DNA of 64,000 nucleotides from Aaplasma endosymbiont of Hyalomma asiaticum (GTDB lineage Bacteria; Pseudomonadota; Alphaproteobacteria; Rickettsiales; Anaplasmataceae): NCBI GenBank assembly GCA_048496795.1, contig JBGCXB010000002.1, positions 20,621 to 84,620 of the forward strand, read 5' to 3'. Shown piece by piece: positions 58,654 to 64,000 of this stretch (position 1 is its first letter; each line of letters starts with the position of its first letter). The notes under the pieces were generated by a model. It saw only the letters and a program-made list of their open reading frames with translations, ran no database searches and was not told where the DNA came from. The position numbers and the translations under genes were made by a program.

Positions 58654-61059
58654 ATGTTAAGGCTGGGCAAAGGTGCAGTAACCAAGAAGCGTGGTGTATT
58701 CGATAGAGAGTACCACGAATCGAATTTTCTTCCGTATCATGAACATTGGAATAGTAACACGCTGTTGACTAAAGGCGGTTCCCTTCTGAAAGTTATAAAG
58801 CTTTCCGGGTATGCTTTTGAAACTGCTGATGATGAAGATCTTTCCATACAGAACTCCATTAGAAATCAGACGTTACGGAGTATGTCTTCTTCTTCGTTTG
58901 GTCTGTATTTTCATGTAATAAGGCGAAGGAGAAATGCATTTTCTGAGGGATTTGCTGGGAAAAAGTTCTCGAACTCTTTTGCGGATTCCGTGAATATGCA
59001 GTGGAGAGAGAAGCATATGACAAAGCAGTCTTTTGTCAATGAGCTCTACATCACTATAGTGAGGGAGGGTAGCAATAAAGGTACGGAGCTTTTCGTCAAC
59101 TTAATGAAGAAGTTCAACAAAAATGCAGCTGCTGGTGGTTGGAAAAATGACATGATAGCTGCATATGAGGACCTGGAGGAAGTAACCAATAGAGTTGTAA
59201 CCAGTTTACGTAACTATCTGCCTAGAGAGTTGGGTATTAGACAAACGCCAGCTGGCAACTTTTCCGAAATTATGGAGTTTTTGCTTCAAATTGTTAACTG
59301 CGGTACCGTGCACAATGTTGCAGTTAATCTGGGAAATATTTCCGAGCATTTACCTGTGCACAGATTGTATTTTGGTCATAAGACCGTGCAGGTAGTGGGG
59401 TACGGTGACTCCAGATACGCGGGCTTAATTAGCCTCAAGGAATACGGCCAGACAACATCAGCGGGGATGCTGGATGCGTTTTTGCAGCTACCTTATGAGT
59501 TTATTATAACTCAGTCCTTCAAGTTTACAAACAGGCAGGCGGCTATCACTAAAATGCAGATACAGCAGAATCGTATGATTCAAGCTGCTGATAAGGCTGT
59601 ATCTCAGATTTATGAAATATCTAAAGCTCTTGATGATGCTACTAGTGGTAAGATAGCGTTCGGACTGCACCATCTCACTGTGTTGTGCATAGAAAAAACG
59701 CCGAAGAATTTGGAAAATGCCCTTGCGTTGGTAGAAGCTGAACTATCAAACTGTGGTGTTTATCCTGTAAGGGAAAAAGTCAATCTCGAACCAGCGTTTT
59801 GGGCCCAGTTACCGGGAAATTTTTCTTATGTTGTGCGTAAGTCTGTAATAAGCACTCTAAATATGGCAGGTTTTGCGTCGCAGCACAACTATCCTAGTGG
59901 CAAGAAGTTTGGAAACCACTGGGGCGAGGCTGTTACTGTATTTGATACTACGTCAGGGACGCCGTTTTTCTTCAGTTTTCACATACGCGATGTTGGGCAC
60001 ACGGCCATTATTGGGCCCACCGGTTCGGGGAAAACTGTGCTGATGAATTTTTTGTGTGTTCAGGCGATGAAGTTTTCACCTAGGGTATTTTTCTTTGACA
60101 AGGACCATGGGGCAGAAATCTTCATTAGGGCGCTGAATGGAGTGTATTCAATCATAGAGCCAAGGGGTAATACGGGGCTTAACCCTCTTCATCTTGATGA
60201 CACGCATGACAATAGAACATTTCTCATGGAGTGGATCAAAGTTCTGGCTACTTCCCTTACTGACAAGCTGACTCCTGATGATATATTGCGTATAGATGAC
60301 GCGATTGAGGGGAACTTTAAACTGAGAAAAGAAGACAGAATGTTGCGCAACCTTGTTTCTTTTCTTGGCATTGGAGGTGAGGATACTATAGCTAGTCGAA
60401 TGATGATGTGGCATTCAGAGGGCTCACACGCTTCTCTTTTTGATAATGAAGAGGATTTATTGGATTTTACAAAGTCAAGGGTGTTTGGTTTTGAGATGGG
60501 GCACCTTCTGAAGGATCCAATTGCTCTTGCTCCCACGCTTTTATACTTGTTCCATAAAATAAGCATTTCTCTTGATGGTACACCTTCGATAATAGTGCTG
60601 GATGAGGCGTGGGCGTTAATTGATAACCCGATTTTTGCTCCAAGGATCAAAGACTGGCTGAAGGTTCTTAGAAAGCTTAATACCTTTGTAATATTTGCGA
60701 CACAAAGTGTTGAAGATGCGAGCAAAAGTCAGATAAGTGATACGCTGGTTCAGCAGACAGCAACACAGATTTTCTTGCCTAATTTGAAGGCCACTAGTGC
60801 TTATAGAGATGTTTTTATGCTGACTGAGCGGGAGTATTCACTGATAAAGTACACTGATCCGGGGAGTAGGTTCTTCCTAGTAAAACAGGGAATAAGTGCC
60901 GTTGTTGCAAGGATAGACTTGAGGGGGTTAGATGACACGGTAAATGTTCTTTCGGGAAGGGCAGAAACCGTGGTATTGCTGCGAGAGATTATAGCGGAGG
61001 TTGGTAATGATCCGAATATATGGTTGCCCATTTTCCATCAAAGGGTAAAAAATGCCTAG
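58654..61059 (+). CDS. virB4: type IV secretion system ATPase VirB4
   Basis: 801 aa (CagE/TrbE/VirB4 length), Walker A GPTGSGKT, Walker B-region IIVLDEAW. The start codon abuts the virB3 stop (TAGATG). Confidence 0.95.
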   Translation: MLRLGKGAVTKKRGVFDREYHESNFLPYHEHWNSNTLLTKGGSLLKVIKLSGYAFETADDEDLSIQNSIRNQTLRSMSSSSFGLYFHVIRRRRNAFSEGFAGKKFSNSFADSVNMQWREKHMTKQSFVNELYITIVREGSNKGTELFVNLMKKFNKNAAAGGWKNDMIAAYEDLEEVTNRVVTSLRNYLPRELGIRQTPAGNFSEIMEFLLQIVNCGTVHNVAVNLGNISEHLPVHRLYFGHKTVQVVGYGDSRYAGLISLKEYGQTTSAGMLDAFLQLPYEFIITQSFKFTNRQAAITKMQIQQNRMIQAADKAVSQIYEISKALDDATSGKIAFGLHHLTVLCIEKTPKNLENALALVEAELSNCGVYPVREKVNLEPAFWAQLPGNFSYVVRKSVISTLNMAGFASQHNYPSGKKFGNHWGEAVTVFDTTSGTPFFFSFHIRDVGHTAIIGPTGSGKTVLMNFLCVQAMKFSPRVFFFDKDHGAEIFIRALNGVYSIIEPRGNTGLNPLHLDDTHDNRTFLMEWIKVLATSLTDKLTPDDILRIDDAIEGNFKLRKEDRMLRNLVSFLGIGGEDTIASRMMMWHSEGSHASLFDNEEDLLDFTKSRVFGFEMGHLLKDPIALAPTLLYLFHKISISLDGTPSIIVLDEAWALIDNPIFAPRIKDWLKVLRKLNTFVIFATQSVEDASKSQISDTLVQQTATQIFLPNLKATSAYRDVFMLTEREYSLIKYTDPGSRFFLVKQGISAVVARIDLRGLDDTVNVLSGRAETVVLLREIIAEVGNDPNIWLPIFHQRVKNA

Positions 61060-63637
61060 GGCAACAGTAAAAGCCGTATTTCTTGTGTTCTTACTCGCTA
61101 TAGTAGCTCCTATTGCTTCGTATGCTGATGTAGAAGGTGATTACGAGGGTACGGAGGATGGTGGCAGTTTAGTGCACTATAGAAGTTCTGAGGCTACAAA
61201 CCCTAAATGTGGATCTCCTGAGTATTTGGCCAAAATAGGAGGCATCGTATTTGGTGCGTCGCTAGCAAGCGCTGCAGTGGGCGCGGGCCTTGTTAAAGCA
61301 GGTACAGTTACTTTAAATAAGATCCTTAAGGGAATAGGGTGGACAATGATAGCCGCATCAGTAGGCGCTATTGCAGCGGGAGTAACAGCCAATGTGCCGT
61401 ATTTTGTGTGTAACTGGAGTTTTGTGCGTCATCCTGTCCTTCGTTTTGAGGGGAATGAAAAAAATGCAGGAAGATCATTGAGTGGTGATTATGAAGAGGG
61501 GGCATATAAGGAATGCAAAGAACCGCATTCAGATGACGAAGACGCTAAAAAAAAATTCTCCGACACTAGCGAGTGTAACAAAGAGTTTCCCGACCTGGCT
61601 GCATACTATGCATGTATTGCTCCAGATAAAAGCTTGGAAGATGCTAAAAAGGCTGAACCAACTTGTCCCAAAAGAGAATTTAAAAAGGGCATCGGGAGTA
61701 AAGTCAACAACGGAGCTGGATATGCAGGTGATGGTTACGCATGGCCTAAAAACAGGGTATCTAGTTCTCGCTATATAGAGGTATGTTATAGGCATCCTAC
61801 GGCTTCATTGATGAAGTCAGCATTTCTCATGATTGGCATGCAGTTTCAAAGCAAGTCTTATACGGATCTCCTAAAGGCAGGTCATTACCCTAGGGAAGGT
61901 ACGTTCGGGGATCAGGAAATGCACAAGGCAAAATTAGCAGTTTCAGGCGGGTGGACCCGAACCAAAAACGCTGTTGATTGTGTAACTCTAACAGCTGGAC
62001 AAGAAGGGATGTTACATGGAACGACTACGTATAGGGCCGTTGAGAGGGGCTCAAAATTATGCGTTGATGCTGTCAAACACCTTGGTGCGCCGCTTGTCAT
62101 ACGACCTGAAATAGGGTGCCAACTGCGGCCAAATTCGCCTCCAGTGCCAATGTGTAGTGATGCAATTCCTAAGTATAAAGATGGAGATGCCCAAAAAAAA
62201 GAAATAGTAGAATACGATAACAGTAACTGCTACAGCTGCTACGTTGATCAAGCTTGCAAAGGTGTTGCAAGCCTTAATGCTCGTTCTGTGTTTCCTGTTA
62301 CTTCTGTTATAGTGGGGTGTATAAAGGGGTCGCTCAAGAATCTTCTCGCTCCGCCTGCGAGTTGTGCAGCAAAATATAAAGGGCTTGGGCTTACTCCGGG
62401 ATTCTTGGGGACTGCTCAGAAAAAACTCAAGAACAGTGTGATGGCTGCGCTCATACTTGCACTAATTTTATTTTCAATAAAGGCTATCTTAGGGGGTGTG
62501 CAGAACAGCTCTGAGATTTATATGACGGTGATTAAGTTTGCTCTGGTAATCTACTTTACCCAAGGCGATGCTATGTCAAAGGCTTACGAGTATCTGACTG
62601 ACCTTTCCATTGGGCTTTCTGACATAGTGCTGAAAGCTGCTGGAGGAAGTAACGGAATCTGCGATTTTGAAACGAATGATTATGACTCAAGATTTTTATA
62701 TCTCATGCCATGGGATAGGCTAGATTGCAGAGTTATGTTCTATCTCGGCAGTCAACTAACAGGAGGAACCGGTACAGGTATACTGCTAACAATGTTACTG
62801 AGTGCGGGGCTTCTCATTCCTGCAGTTTTAATAAACGCAAAGGTGATAATTTGCTTAATTGCTTTTTTTGCGGTGATTATGCTTGTGTTAACTGTTATAT
62901 GGACTGTTTATGTGTTTCTATTGTCATTAATAGCGCTAACTGTTTTGACTATTATATCTCCGCTAATGATACCGATGTGTCTTTTTCAAGCAACGAAGGG
63001 ATTTTTTGATGGGTGGACTAGGCAGTTGATGACGTACGCTCTGTATCCCGTAATTCTTTTTGCATTTCTCTCGTTGATGTTTACCGTTTTTGACCAGTTG
63101 TACTTTGGTGATCTGCAGTTTAAGAGGGGGAGTGATATACCACAAAACTCTGGTGCTGGTTCTCCGGGCATAAAAAACGCAGGGAAGAAAATATGGTTTG
63201 AGTTAACAGATGTAGGAGCATGTGGCAAGCCAGAACATGAGAGCACTCTTGCGTGCATGTTTAACACGGTGAAATTTCACAGTAGACCGTTGCTTTTAGG
63301 AATTTCTGTTGGTACTCCAGAGTTTAAACTGGATACTACAAGGCAGATATGGATAAAGCTAGGGACTTTCGTGTTGATGGGGTTCCTATTCTACCATTTC
63401 TTAAGTTCTATATCCTACATAGCTGGTGAGCTTGCGGGAGATCCTCGTGCTGGTGTCATAGGTAGTGGTGGAATGAATCCTCGTGCGCTGGCAAATAGGG
63501 CTGCGGGGATTGCTTCTTCAGTGAGGAGTGCTGCCTCAGGAAAAGTTTCAGATCTTGGAAGCAAGCTTAGAGATCGTATTAAAGGCGGTGGATCAGATAG
63601 TGGTGGAAGTGAAAAGGTTTCAGGTGGTAGTCAGTAA
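61052..63637 (+). CDS. virB6: VirB6-family (TrbL/VirB6) type IV secretion inner-membrane protein with extended N-terminal domain
   Basis: Signal peptide (..APIASYA-DV), an N-terminal domain of about 430 aa, polytopic TM region at about 62414..63420, and a Gly/Ser-rich tail. It overlaps virB4 by 8 nt. Confidence 0.82.
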   Translation: MPRATVKAVFLVFLLAIVAPIASYADVEGDYEGTEDGGSLVHYRSSEATNPKCGSPEYLAKIGGIVFGASLASAAVGAGLVKAGTVTLNKILKGIGWTMIAASVGAIAAGVTANVPYFVCNWSFVRHPVLRFEGNEKNAGRSLSGDYEEGAYKECKEPHSDDEDAKKKFSDTSECNKEFPDLAAYYACIAPDKSLEDAKKAEPTCPKREFKKGIGSKVNNGAGYAGDGYAWPKNRVSSSRYIEVCYRHPTASLMKSAFLMIGMQFQSKSYTDLLKAGHYPREGTFGDQEMHKAKLAVSGGWTRTKNAVDCVTLTAGQEGMLHGTTTYRAVERGSKLCVDAVKHLGAPLVIRPEIGCQLRPNSPPVPMCSDAIPKYKDGDAQKKEIVEYDNSNCYSCYVDQACKGVASLNARSVFPVTSVIVGCIKGSLKNLLAPPASCAAKYKGLGLTPGFLGTAQKKLKNSVMAALILALILFSIKAILGGVQNSSEIYMTVIKFALVIYFTQGDAMSKAYEYLTDLSIGLSDIVLKAAGGSNGICDFETNDYDSRFLYLMPWDRLDCRVMFYLGSQLTGGTGTGILLTMLLSAGLLIPAVLINAKVIICLIAFFAVIMLVLTVIWTVYVFLLSLIALTVLTIISPLMIPMCLFQATKGFFDGWTRQLMTYALYPVILFAFLSLMFTVFDQLYFGDLQFKRGSDIPQNSGAGSPGIKNAGKKIWFELTDVGACGKPEHESTLACMFNTVKFHSRPLLLGISVGTPEFKLDTTRQIWIKLGTFVLMGFLFYHFLSSISYIAGELAGDPRAGVIGSGGMNPRALANRAAGIASSVRSAASGKVSDLGSKLRDRIKGGGSDSGGSEKVSGGSQ

Positions 63638-63795
63638 GTGCGAATAGTGTTGTTTTGTTAGGTGCGAGCTAAGGACAGTTATTGAGTAAATGTGTAGTGA
63701 CTTGTTATTTTGAGGGATTGACGGTTGTAGGAATATTGTTGTAGTTTTCCTGATCTATAAGATGAGCAAACTGATATGGGTTGAGAGCGAGCACT

Positions 63796-64000
63796 GTGCC
63801 AAGGATTGTTCCAATATTATTTATGATACTGCTCACGGGATGTGGCTACCATGGATGTATATCTCAGGCAGATGTGTGGAGTGACGTTGTGCGGAGTGTT
63901 GTGTATGCAAATCCTGGCAAGCCGGTCGAAGGTAATATACACTGGGTGAAGGTGGATTTTCCTTTTGCAAAAAAGGGTGAAATAGAGTTGCAAATACAGC
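63796..64000 (+). CDS. putative lipoprotein, N-terminal fragment running off the window (possibly the next VirB6-cluster gene)
   Basis: The frame is open from 63775 to the window end. The GTG at 63796 gives (M)PRIVPILFMILLTGC, a textbook lipoprotein signal with lipobox LLTGC. The ORF track did not list it. Confidence 0.45.
   Translation, partial: MPRIVPILFMILLTGCGYHGCISQADVWSDVVRSVVYANPGKPVEGNIHWVKVDFPFAKKGEIELQIQ

Noticed and set aside
60189-60725. 178-aa ORF antisense to virB4 (similar cases at 21384..21914 in tkt and 19249..19812 in the M32-like gene)
   Set aside because: All are contained within strongly supported genes and lack motifs, so I treated them as shadow ORFs.
61547-61555. A9 run in virB6 (and an A8 run at 62193..62200) as possible slippage or phase-variation sites
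   Set aside because: They simply encode Lys-Lys-Lys in a Lys-rich domain and the frame is intact. There is no evidence of variation from a single sequence.
1-64000. Scan for CRISPR arrays, IS elements or transposases, prophage genes, rRNA, and p44/msp2-type expression cassettes or pseudogenes
   Set aside because: I saw no regularly spaced direct repeats, no transposase or integrase-like ORF, no rRNA-like sequence and no P44/Msp2 conserved flanking motif in any frame. The two inverted-repeat pairs lack any associated transposase.

Overview
This 64-kb window looks like chromosome from an obligate-intracellular alphaproteobacterium of the family Anaplasmataceae. The evidence for an Anaplasma-like source is GC content in the low-to-mid 40s % (judged by eye), the family-typical sodB-virB3-virB4-virB6 type IV secretion (T4SS) locus, an OmpA/Pal lipoprotein, and scattered pst and mrp genes. 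Most of the window is densely packed housekeeping genes, mainly on the + strand: ubiA (5'-truncated by the window edge), pstB, tgt, rpmF-plsX-fabH, tadA, dnaB, ispA, nrdA, ruvX, purA, tkt, an mrp antiporter cluster, rne, dnaK, ffh, era, pepP, priA, rpmB, rluD, pccA, lipA, pstA and sodB. There are two tRNAs, Glu-UUC and Arg-CCG. I saw no rRNA, CRISPR array, transposase, prophage or p44/msp2-like cassette. The parts most worth a second look are listed here. (1) Two adjacent lineage-specific orphan genes sit about 5 kb upstream of the T4SS locus: a 1393-aa protein with a central hydrophobic cluster and a 497-aa protein with an acidic N-terminus. (2) A 279-bp perfect inverted duplication of an internal ruvX segment brackets purA. 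(3) A 47-bp perfect inverted repeat brackets the convergent rpmB/rluD pair. (4) An M32 carboxypeptidase homologue has its HEXXH and other catalytic motifs substituted. (5) A 417-aa orphan lies in a compositionally odd segment. (6) Three unusually long ORF-poor spacers are present. Limits: all functional calls rest on motifs I recognised by eye, with no database search. The ORF track uses the longest ORF with alternative start codons, so many start coordinates are uncertain by tens of nucleotides.
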